Source: Paraspadella gotoi
Lineage: Eukaryota > Animalia > Chaetognatha
Length of the DNA stretch: 64,000 nt
Reading direction: 5' to 3'
Assembly: GCA_051294375.1 (NCBI GenBank)
Contig: CM119267.1
Span: 10,101,458 to 10,165,457 of the forward strand
Shown one piece after another: positions 1-11,807 of the stretch; within the stretch, counting starts at the first letter, position 1; the number at the start of each line of letters is the position of its first letter. The notes below the pieces were generated by a model. The model worked only from the letters and a program-made list of their open reading frames with translations. It had not been told where the DNA came from and searched no databases. Both the position numbers and the translations under genes were made by a program.

Positions 1-215
1 CGCCCCTGTTCTTGCCCTACCTTGCTCCCTGCTCTGGCCGGGTCAAATAATTTCTCTGCTCTGCGCTCTTCGTCCCTCTCTCTCTCCTCCTCTCTCTCTC
101 TCTCTCTCTCGTCCTCATCTCTCTCATCTTCTCTACTCTCTTTTCTATCTTCTCTTCAGACTCGACTCCTCCTCCTTATTATCCCATCTTACAAGTCATG
201 CTCTCTCTTCTCTCT

Positions 216-253
<38 letters not shown>

Positions 254-519
254 CCTCTCTCTCTAACTCTCCCTCTCCTTTCTCCGCCCTTCTTATGCCC
301 TCCCGCGCATTCCGACCGCATTCCCCTTCGGTCAATTTTAGGAAACAGTCGGCGCTTGTACGTTTCGGGTGGTTGACAGTTTCCCGCAGTCGCCAGGGTT
401 AGGCTGTCTTGCGTGCATGTTATCTGTCCTTCTTTTTCCACGCGTCGGCATCGCCAACACCTGACGAGCCGACAACGGTCCCGCCGTCTTTATCTTTTTC
501 ACTGTTCTGCTCGCTCTCC

Positions 520-939
520 TTGCCGGGGCGCCGCTTTCTGCCGCGCAGACGAGACACTATTGGTCGAACCCAAGTCTCGGGGACGAGATGGATCTTTCTT
601 ATCGAAAGTGGACAGGGCGTTTTTTGACTGAGAGTATTTTCACTCTTTGCGCATCTCGCTTTTCAATGCTTTCTTTCATTTTCCTTATCTCTGGATTCTT
701 CGTAGAAGGAACCAGGCTTACTCCCAACGATACCAATCTTTCATGTCTGTAGTTGCAAACATATCTTCAGCTTTTATCCTAATCGGTTTCTTGCCGTGTT
801 TCACCTTGCGGTCACTTCTGCCGCTTTTAATTGCACGTCACTCTCGCTCCACCCTTTCTGCTCTCTGCGTCATCTCGCTCACTTCCGCTTAGAGGCGCCC
901 ACGAGCGCCGCCACGTCTAGGTCTCTCTCTCTCTCTCTA

Positions 940-986
<47 letters not shown>

Positions 987-1573
987 TTCTCTTCGGTCCC
1001 CGTGCCGTTCGCTCGATCGCTTTTAATCGCGACTCATCGAAGCCCAGGAATGCCGATGGAATCGATCACGAGTAGAGAAGAGAAGAGGAGGAGGAGGAGG
1101 AGGAGTAAGAGATGGAAGAAGTGGTCGAGGACGAAGGCTTTTAAAAGTCGAGTTCGGGTAGTCAATTTCTTCAGAAATCGGATCGAATTAAAAGATCTCG
1201 ACGTCGAGATCCAATCAGAGAAGAGAAGAGAGAGAGAGAGAGAGAGAGAGATGGAAGAGGAAGCGGAGGGAGAGAGAGAGAGAGAGAAGGAAAGTTAAGG
1301 AAAGAGGAGGAGGAAGAAAAAGATAGAGATGAAAACCTTGTAAGAGAGGAAATGAAAGAAAGGAAATTGAAGAGAAAAAACTAAATTAGGAAAGAGTCGT
1401 TGAACCGCGTGGGTTAATTTAGAGGGCAGAGAGGATAAAGAGAGGAAAAAGAGAAGTCGAGTCCATGGAAAGACAACGAGAAAAAAATTAACGCTGTCGT
1501 CGAGAGCGTGCGGAATAAATCAAAGGAGTAAAAACAACGCAATGATCAGATATCAATTCCATTAGGCCGAGCT

Positions 1574-1617
<44 letters not shown>

Positions 1618-4600
1618 TCTCTCCCTCTCTTTCTCTTCTCTTGTATTTATAATAAACCGACCGCCCGCTATCTCGATTACATATTTGCAGCACTTAAATA
1701 ATTAGGACGGGCATCGGTGAGCCACCTGCTTAACGCCAGAAGTGAAACAGATGAGGAAAATTTAAATGAGAAAAGATTGAAAAATATTTTGTGCGCGAAA
1801 AAGAGCGGTAATAATACGAGGATATTTTTTTCTCTTTAATAACTGAGTTGGTAACGTAGTTGAAAAATGACTGATGAAGCGGGAGGACAGACAAAAAGTA
1901 AACAAAGAAAAAACAAAAAGAAATAAGAAAGAAAAAAGACAAGAACAAGAAAAGAAAGAAGAGAAAAGAAAGAAAGGAAAGAAAAAAAGAAAGGAGGGAA
2001 AAAAAGAAAGAAAGAAAGAGAAGAGAAAGAAGAATAGGATAAGAAAGAAAGAAAGAAAGAAAGAAAAGAAAAAGATAAGAAAGGAAAGGAATGAATATAT
2101 TCTTTCCTTTTATATGCGCGACTCTGATGGCTGTGAAGTTGTGACCGTGAGTGACATGTCACACAATACTTCCTTTCCATTCGTGACCGGTCACCACAAA
2201 TCTTCTTTTGATTGTGACCGGACTGGTGACACGCTTGCGACATGGTCACTTTTGATGCATATTCTGTACCGTTGCTGCGACAAGAGTGTGACGAGACCTT
2301 TCTTATTGGGTGGGGAAGAGATGATACGAACGAAACGAACGAACGAACGAACGAAGAAAGAAGATAAGAAAAGAAAAGAAAGAAAGAAAGAAAGAAAGAA
2401 AAAATGGAAAGCGTCGTAAATGGAAAGGAGACAACTCGGCGGGAATTCCTTGGAATACGATTTTCCGATCGGCGACGCGGAAAGTTTTTGCGGTGAGATT
2501 TTCGCTGATGGGGGGGGGGAGTGGAGATAGGTCGCAGGGGGGAAGAATTGGCGGGGTGGATCGAACCAAAAAGGGGGGGGAAAGGTGGAATAAGAGACGA
2601 AGTGGAGTGCATGTCGTAAGAGCGAGTAAAAGTTATAGGGTGGAGGGGAAAGAGAGTTGAATTAAGTGAAACGACGGCCAGCGTGAAGGTAAGGTAATAG
2701 AAGCGAGTTTGATTCCGGCGATTGTAAGGTGGCTCGGAAACTGAAAGCGCCCGCTGGAGCCAGTGGAGCGAAGGATCAAGTGGAGCGGGTTGGCGTTTGG
2801 CGTGAGTGGCGTGAGATTTTTGCGTGGATGAGAGATTGGTGGAGCCCGTAGAAACCCAGAACTTGGTTGGTGGAGTGGAATGAATATACATTGTATTGTT
2901 TGTAAATAGTATGGACTGTATGTATGTATGTATGTATTATGGTGTATGTATGTATGTATGTATGTTATGTATGGTTGTATGTATGTATGTATGTTCTGTA
3001 TTGTATTGTACTCTACTCTACATGAGTGAAACTCGTCCTCTCCAGATATTGCTGCCGATTTAGTACTGGGATATGAAGTAGCACTATTATTTTACACATT
3101 GTGTCTGTATATACAACTGTGGGTATACCCCCATTCACTACGCGGTTCCTTCGTGTTTCCCAAGCCATAGCCCTACTCATCCAGACTAATATTTCTTTAC
3201 ACCAGGTAGTCGACTCAGCTTGGAAAATGTCAAAAGAAAAGAAACTCAATTTTCGCTCCACCTTAATGTGATCCATAAAAAATAAAAGAACAAAAAAAAC
3301 AAAGGAAACACAATAACATTTGAAACGGAACGACTACGACAATAACAACAGCAACAACAACGACAAACCCATCAAAGACGAAACATCTCCAGCTTGAGAT
3401 TTCGGATGAAAAAAAACCAAAAACATAAAAGAAACGAAATTGGAACTTTCTCTTCTCTCTCTTTTTTTCCCTTTTCGGCCAGAAAACCAAAAAAAAATCT
3501 TCGCCGACTCACGATCCGGCGCCCGAAAGAAAAGAAAAGAAAAAGAGGCTTTGAATTCCGGCGGAGCCGATTTTGCAACCCGGCAGTTAAGACGGGACCT
3601 TTAAGACGGATACCGTACGGAAGGAAGAGAGAGAGAGAGTGAGAGAGAGAGAGAGGAGAGAGAGAGAGAGTGGAAAGAGAAGAGAGAGAGGAGAAAGAGA
3701 GAGGAGAAAAGGAAGAGGAGGGGGAAAGAGAGGAATGGAAGGGGAAAGAAGTGAGAACATGTCCGGGCACATAAGACTATATGAGCACGTTTGGCCGCAA
3801 GATAAAAGCGCCGCGGTTCTACCGGCGTTAAAAATGTCAGAACCAACCTCAATACGCAAATCGTCAGGAAAGAAGAGACCGAAGAAAGAGAGATAGAATG
3901 ACTCGTAGTATGACCACCGAATAAGGAGAGTGAGAAGAGTTAGAGAAAAGACATGACTGACGATCAGCTAATGTAAACGAACACAATAAATCGAAGGAAG
4001 TACTAAAATAGCGAGAAACTCGCGTAACCCGCAAGGCCCGCTTCTACCACATCTATCCGTACAATATCACGTCTCGCTCATCATAGTCACAGCACCAACA
4101 AGTGCGTAATTTCGAATGCCGTGAGAGAATCGAATAAACTTAGTCCCATCCTGGAAAACGAGAGAAGTCAAAGAAGATGAGAGCTATATAACCAACTGTT
4201 AGAGAAACACAAACTGATGACGACGAACTCCGCATTCAGCGGACGTTCCGGTCATGGACGCACTTTGCTAGTTTCATTACGAGAATCAAAATTTAACAGC
4301 ACAACTGCTCAGACGGCACCTTAAACCCATATAAGTACAGTAGAGGAAGCCGATCAGCCCTAAGTGACAGGTCAAAAGGGAAGAGACGAATAGGAGCACG
4401 AGAACAGAGAACAGATAGCAAAACTGGGTGAGCCTTCTTCAAGTAACAGACGCCAAATAGATGGCAAGAAAGCAGAGGACTCATGCGCGCGCCATCAACC
4501 GCAGCTCGAGAGTGCTCGAGAAATAAGACATGCCGCTCTAAGGAATCAACACTACATCGCCTACGAGCTACCTTCATCAGCTCCATTAGGACTCCGTCAT

Positions 4601-6267
4601 ACTAGCATCTTAGTGGCCCTCATGGATGATACTTCGTGTATAGTCTATCGCGTGAACTCGAGCCCAGTACTGAAAGTCATATCGACAAGGCACAAACCCG
4701 GATGCTTGTCCCGGATTTTAGTCATCCCTCATCGTTTATTAAGCCGCAACACCGGCTCACCTGTAACTCACCCCTGCACCCAAGGAGGCGAAGAAAGCAT
4801 GAGACGTCCTACCTGCGCGCCCGAGGGACTTACGACATACGCCTATGAAATAACCTGCGATAAATCAATCCCTAAACATACGACACGACCAATCGAAGAA
4901 AAGAACACAATAAATAAGACATCAGGAGAGTAAGGAACACAAAATGATAGAGTAATTACGAAAACATGTTCTCGCACACTCTTTCAAACGATGGAAGAAG
5001 ACTGACACGCGAAGAGGACGAGAGAGACGCAGCAGGCGCCACGTGAAGCAACACGCTCCGCGACCATTACACCTCGGAAGAAGAGGAAGTAGAGAACAGA
5101 AAACAGACAACAAGAGGAGGAGAGAATGACCAGGTGAGACTGAGAGGAAAGAGAAGAGAGATGAGAGAGATAGAGAGAGAGAGAGATCGGATTGAGAGAC
5201 GAGCGGNNNNNNNNNNNNNNNNNNNNNNNNNCGTCTCCGCCGGAATTCAAAGCCTCTTTTCTTTTCTTTTCTTTTCGGCGCCGGATTCGTGAGTCGGCGA
5301 AGATTTTTTTTTTTGTTTTCTGCCGAAAAGGAAAAAAGAGAGAGAGAGAGAAAGTTCCAATTTCGTTTCTTTTATGGTTTTTGGTTTTTTTCATCCGAAT
5401 CTCAGCTGGAGATTTTCGTCTTTGATGGTTGTCGTTGTTGTTGTTGTTGTTATTATCGAAGTCGTTTCGTTTCATGTTATTTGTTTCTTTGTTCTTTTAT
5501 TTTTAGGATCACATTAAGGTGGCAGCGAAAATTGAGTTTTCTTTTCTTTTGACATTTTCCAATGCTGAGTCGACTACCTGATTTTGGAAAATTTATTGTA
5601 ATAAAATGTAATAAAATAACATTATAATTCAACATCATCTCCTTGTATAGTACAATACAATACAATACACACATACAATACATACATACATACATACATA
5701 CATACATACATACATACATACATACATACATACATACATACATACATACATACATACATACATCCATACATACATATATACATTACAATACAATACAATG
5801 TATATTCATTCCCACTCCACCAACCAAGCTCTGGTTTCTACGGGCTCCACCATCTCTCAATCCACGTCAAAAATCTCCACGCCTACTCACGCCAAACGCC
5901 ACCCGCTCCACTTGATCCTTCGCTCCACTGGCTCCAGCGGAGACGCCTTTCAGTTTCGAGCTCACCCTCTCCAATCCCGACATCAACTCGCTTCTATTAC
6001 CTTACCTTCACGCTGCCATCGTTTCACCTTATTTCAACTCTCTCTCCCTCCACCCTATATTTTACTNNNNNNNNNNNNNNNNNNNNNNNNNNNNNNNNNN
6101 NNNNNNNNNNNNNNNNNNNNNNNNNNNNNNNNNNNNNNNNNNNNNNNNNNNNNNNNNNNNNNNNNNNNNNNNNNNNNNNNNNNNNNNNNNNNNNNNNNNN
6201 NNNNNNNNNNNNNNNNNNNNNNNNNNNNNNNNNNNNNNNNNNNNNNNNNNNNNNNNNNNNNNNNNTT

Positions 6268-6299
<32 letters not shown>

Positions 6300-7564
6300 T
6301 TGTTTTTTCTTTGTTTACTTTTTGTCTTCCCTCCCGCTTCATCAGTATTTTTCCCTCCGTTACTCAACTCAGTTATTAAAGAGAAAAAAATATCCTCGTA
6401 TTATTACCCTCTTTTTCTGCGCACAATATTTTTCAATCTTTTCTCATTTATTTTCTCATCTGTTTCACTCTGGCGTTAAGCAGGTGGCTCACCGATGCCG
6501 TCCTATATTAAGCTGCAATATGTATCGAGATAGCGGCGGTCGGTTTATTATAAATACAAGAGAGAGAGAGAGAGGGAGAGAGAGAGAGAGAGCTCGGCCT
6601 TATGAATTGATATCTGATCACTTGCGTTGTTTTTACTCCTTTGATTTATTCCCACGCTCTCCGACAGCGTTAATTTTTTCTCGTTGTCTTTCCATGGACT
6701 CGACTTCTCTTTTTCCTCTCTTTTTATCCTCTCTGCCTCTCTAATTACCCCACGCGGGTTCAACGACTCTTTCCTATTTAGTTCTTTTCTTCTTTCAATT
6801 TCCTTTCTTTCATTTCCTCTCTTACAAGGTTTCATCTCTATCTTTTTCTTCCTCCTCCTCTTTCCTTACTTTTCTTCCTCTCTCCTCTCTCTCTCTCCTT
6901 CTCATCTCTCTCTCTCCGCGACACTCCACTCCTCTCGTCTACTCTCATCTTCCTCCTCCCGTCTCTCCTCTGCTTCTCTGATTGGATTCGAGTCGAAAGA
7001 ATTTTATTCGATTCATGATTCTGAGAAATTGACTCGCGAACTCGACTTTATTAAAAAGCTTCGTTCCTCGACCTATTCTTTTTCTTCCATCTGCTTACTC
7101 TCACTCCTCCATCCTCCTCCTCCTCTTCCTCTCTCTACTCGTGATTCGATTCCATCGCATTTCCGGCTTCGATGAGTCGCGATTAAAAGCGATCGAGCGA
7201 CGGCACGGGGANNNNNNNNNNNNNNNNNNNNNNNNNTTTATTCGAATTCCGATTTCTGAGAATTGATCACCGAACTGCGACTTTTTAAAAGCCTTCGTCC
7301 TTCACCACCCTTCTTCCATCTCTTACTCTCCTTCCTCCTCCTCTTCCTCTCTCTACTTCGTGATCGATTCCATCGCAATTTCCGGCTTCGATGAGTCGCA
7401 CGGATTAAAAGCGATCGAGGCGACGGCACCGGGTGACCGAAGAGGAAAGAGCGCTCCGAGAGACGATGGAGAGAGAGGAGAAGAGAGAGGAGAGAGAGGA
7501 CGAGAGAGAAGACGAGAGAGAGAAAAGAGAGAAAGAAGAGAGAGAGAGAGAGAGAAAAGAGAGT

Positions 7565-7606
<42 letters not shown>

Positions 7607-7971
7607 AGAGTGGCGGCGCTCGTGGCGCCTCTTAAGCGGAGTGAGCGGAGATGACGACAGAGAGGCAGAAAGTGGAGCGAGAGTGACGTGCATTAAAAGG
7701 CGAGAGTGACCGGCAAGTGTGAAACACGGCAGAATCTTAGAAAAGCTGAGATAGTGTTTGCAATACAATGGAAGATAGGTATGTTGGGAGTTAAGCTTGG
7801 TTCCTTCTACGAGATCAGAGATAAGGAAATGAAGAAAGCATTGAAAAGCGAGATGGCAAAGAGTGAAAATGACTCTCAGTCAAGAAACGCCCTGTCCACT
7901 TTCGAATAAGAAAGATCCATCTCGTCCCCGAGACTTGGGTTCGACCCTCGTCGGCGGCGAAGCGGCGCCCG
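520..7971. repeat. Multi-kb inverted duplication (arms ~520-3570 and 5232-7971), probably assembly artefact
   Basis: Reverse-complement correspondence of 3210-3570/5232-5580, 2640-3000/5650-6066, 1000-1930/6266-7211 and 520-1190/7237-7971, differing mainly by single-base indels. Confidence 0.8.
5672..5780. repeat. (TACA)n microsatellite
   Basis: Direct reading; noisy reverse-complement counterpart at ~2905-2995. Confidence 0.95.
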
Positions 7972-9221
7972 NNNNNNNNNNNNNNNNNNNNNNNNNNNNN
8001 NNNNNNNNNNNNNNNNNNNNNNNNNNNNNNNNNNNNNNNNNNNNNNNNNNNNNNNNNNNNNNNNNNNNNNNNNNNNNNNNNNNNNNNNNNNNNNNNNNNN
8101 NNNNNNNNNNNNNNNNNNNNNNNNNNNNNNNNNNNNNNNNNNNNNNNNNNNNNNNNNNNNNNNNNNNNNNNNNNNNNNNNNNNNNNNNNNNNNNNNNNNN
8201 NNNNNNNNNNNNNNNNNNNNNNNNNNNNNNNNNNNNNNNNNNNNNNNNNNNNNNNNNNNNNNNNNNNNNNNNNNNNNNNNNNNNNNNNNNNNNNNNNNNN
8301 NNNNNNNNNNNNNNNNNNNNNNNNNNNNNNNNNNNNNNNNNNNNNNNNNNNNNNNNNNNNNNNNNNNNNNNNNNNNNNNNNNNNNNNNNNNNNNNNNNNN
8401 NNNNNNNNNNNNNNNNNNNNNNNNNNNNNNNNNNNNNNNNNNNNNNNNNNNNNNNNNNNNNNNNNNNNNNNNNNNNNNNNNNNNNNNNNNNNNNNNNNNN
8501 NNNNNNNNNNCGTATCTTCCCGCCCATTCGCTCATGGGTCTCTCAACCGCCCTCCCGTCCCGCGCTCGCTCCCGCCCCGCTCTCCCGCGTTCCTCGAGGC
8601 CCGCAGCCTTAAATCCCCTCTCCCGCCGACCCCGCTGCTATCTTTCTTTGTTAGTACAATTTTACAATTTATTACATATCATACGTATTTCTTTCCGTGT
8701 TTCGTTCAACCAATATCCTTCATCTTCAATAGTTTTAAATTTTAATTTACACTTCAATAACAAACCTCCTACCTGCAAATGATGAGCCGCGCCGAAAAAA
8801 CCTCCTCCCAAAATCTGGGTCCTCGGAGCCCCTGCTCCCCCAACTGCTCCATCAAACTTCCCCAGCCGGCGCAACCCCAGATTACCCCATCCAAACCGAA
8901 ATCCCTCCCGAAAAACCCGGCGCCCCTATCCACGGCGTGACAATTCGCCGACTCGTCGGCGAAGAGAGATTACGAATCCCAACTGGCCACTGACATCAAT
9001 TTCGTCGTTGTCGCTCGTCGTCGTCGTCCCTTCCATCTCCGTGCTTCTTCCTTTCCGCCTACTCTCCTCCGTATCCCCTCTGCTCCCTCTCGCTCTCCTC
9101 TCTCCCCCTCTCGCTCTCTCCTCTCTCTTTCGTCTTTCACTCTGCGTCCGCTTTCTATTTCCGCCATCGTCTTCTTTTTTCGTTTTTCCTCATTCCAGGT
9201 TTCTCTCTCTTCTCTCTCTCT

Positions 9222-9269
<48 letters not shown>

Positions 9270-9420
9270 ATTCTTCTTCTCTCCTCCTTCTCGCCTTCCC
9301 TCCAATCTCTCCTCTCCTCTTTATCGTCTCTCTCTCGTCGTCCTCTCTCTCTCTCTCTCTCTTCTCTCTTTCTTCTCTCTCCTCGCTCTCTCTGCCTCTC
9401 TCTTGATTCGCCCTCTTTAA

Positions 9421-9484
<64 letters not shown>

Positions 9485-10299
9485 CTTCTCATCCAATTCT
9501 CGGCATAAAGTTTATGGCGACCTTTTTTCAAAGCGACGCTCTCATGATTTTCGTTTAAGATGGCTCGTTGCCGTGGGTGGCATTGTTAGCGTCGTTTTCG
9601 TTGTTGTTATTGATATTGTTTAGGAGGCTTTTTGGTTGGACACGATACGACGTGGCTTATATAACTTTATAATCTTTGTTATATTTAACCAAAAATTTTA
9701 ACCTAATCCCTAACACTATCTCTTATCCCTAATCGAAGCCCTATCCCTAATCCCGAAATTTTTATTTTTATTTTATTTTAATTCTGAATTAAACGCATGT
9801 TTCCTTTTTATGAAAAAAAAAAATCATCGTCTCCATGTTTTCTCTTCGTTTTAAAAAGACAAAAGAACATCGACCGGAAACATTCTCCCTCCGCCGCCGC
9901 CCACCGAGAGTTTGTCTTCGTGGTCGTTAACGGTATTAATCGCCCAATAACAACGATAACAACGACGACGATATTGGCGCCGAGATCGATTCTCGCCGCT
10001 CGAATCGTCTCGGCACCTGATCCCACTTCCGGTGACGCCCTCTCTCGCCTCGTCTGATGGTTTTCTTCGGGGTTTTGGCAAACAAACCGTTAATTTGAAT
10101 AAGAATTCGGGTGAGAGGAAAACGNNNNNNNNNNNNNNNNNNNNNNNNNTCGGAGTGAGAGCGAAAACGGAGGTTGGAAGTGGAGATTAGCCCGGCGAAC
10201 GGATGGCGACTGCGACCACTGGTGGCGCTCTTTCTGTGCTGTCTGGTCTTGTCTCTCTGTCTGCTTCTGTCTGCTCTGGTCTGTCTCCTCTCTCTCTCT

Positions 10300-10342
<43 letters not shown>

Positions 10343-11193
10343 TTATTGTCTTGATTCTGCTTTTTATCATCTTTGTGTCACTGGTCACACATTTAAGCGG
10401 GTGAACTTACACGCGTATATTTTGCCTGATTAACCTGAGCAAAGTGTTTCTGAAATTGCCTAGGTAAAGGAAATGGCATTTTTCTTAATAAAATATAGGC
10501 AATGTTCTGAATCAAAATATTTTGCCTTATATTGTATTTTTAAAGATAAATAAAACAATATTTTTCTTTTAATTTTTTAATTGTTCGTTTATCAAACTTA
10601 TTTTTAGATTGGTTATTCTATATTTAAGCCCAAAAAATACTTTTCCCAGATGGTATGAATATGCATTATCAATAGTAAGCATGGCATTAAGTCTGTAATC
10701 TACTTGGCTACTACCAGAACCAGAACCAATAAATTCATTAAAGAAGATTAATTCCATTGATATTAATTAAATTAATTCATTAATTAAGCCATTATAGTAA
10801 AGAAATTAGTAGATAACAATGAGGATTACATACATTTAAAGAGATTTGCCCAATGCTAACGTAATTCAGTTGTATCACTGATATGATTAAACCTCGATCA
10901 AAGGATGATTTGTAACCAACGGTACCCAAGACTCAAGTCGCGCCCATAAATATTTTGCTATCTTATTAAAAATGGCAAAGCTTACTAGAATTCTTTGCAG
11001 AATATGCATATTGGATTTACTCAAACCTCCCAAGCTGATTATATAAAATTCGAGCCCTCCCAATATAGAAAGTAAATATCCTGATGGAATATAATTTTCA
11101 AATATTGTCATTGTTTCTTTCTTTCCGTTGTGTTTTTAAGATTTGGCAGAGAAAAAGAATTTCTTTAACAACAACGACTCCTTTATTATGATG

Positions 11194-11241
11194 TAAACAT
11201 ACATATTTCGACTTAAGTTGCAAAATCTTCATCAGTGCTTA
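11194..11241 (-). ncRNA. Minimal type I hammerhead ribozyme motif
   Basis: Minus strand TAAGCA-CTGATGA-A-GATTT-TGCAACTT-AAGTC-GAAA-TATGT-A-TGTTTA: core CUGAUGA/GAAA, 5-bp stem II, 6-bp stem I, very short stem III, GUA cleavage triplet. Confidence 0.78.
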
Positions 11242-11755
11242 TTTAATCTTTGATAATACATAAGTTTTTTGTTTCACAAGTAAACAGTGAGAAGGATGGA
11301 GGGAAAGAGAGACGAGAGAGAGAAAAATAAAAATGTTTTCTAACAAAGAATAAAACAAAGACCCAGTGGCAGTTTTGAGGATAGTAAGTTTGAAACAGAG
11401 ACGAGAGCCAAGGTGGTGAGGAAAAGAAATTAAAATCTTTGCAGCAGAGAGAGCGGAGAGAGAGAGATGCAGAGGTCAACAATTAGATCAATACATTATT
11501 TAACATCTTTATACCAATCTTATACATTTATTCATCCTTTCTTTGCTCTCTGCCAAATTTCAATTTCTTTCCTCACCCCCAAAACCTTCTTTCTCTCTGC
11601 TTAAACTTACCCTATCCTCAAGCTGACCACTGTCATTTTTTTATTTCTTTTGTTGAAACATTTATTCCTCTCTCTCTCTCTCCTCTCTCTCTTTCCCTCC
11701 ATCCCTTTCACTGTTTTACTGTGAAACAAAAAATTTATTGACTATCAAAACTAAA

Positions 11756-11807
11756 TTAGCACTGATAAAGACTTGCAAGATTAAATCAAAAACATGTCAT
11801 ATGCTTT
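11756..11807 (+). ncRNA. Degenerate hammerhead ribozyme copy (probably inactive)
   Basis: TTAGCA-CTGATAA-A-GACTT-GCAAGATT-AAATC-AAAA-ACATGTC-ATA-TGCTTT: mirror of 11194-11241 with G-to-A changes in both core segments and a palindromic ACATGT stem III. Confidence 0.6.

Noticed and set aside
1836-2891. 351-aa minus-strand ORF
   Set aside because: Largely low-complexity F/S/L from purine tracts; frame not conserved in the inverted copy.
3840-5100. ORFs in the palindrome spacer
   Set aside because: Random-looking sequence next to a 25-N gap, no recognisable motifs; probably a low-quality read segment.
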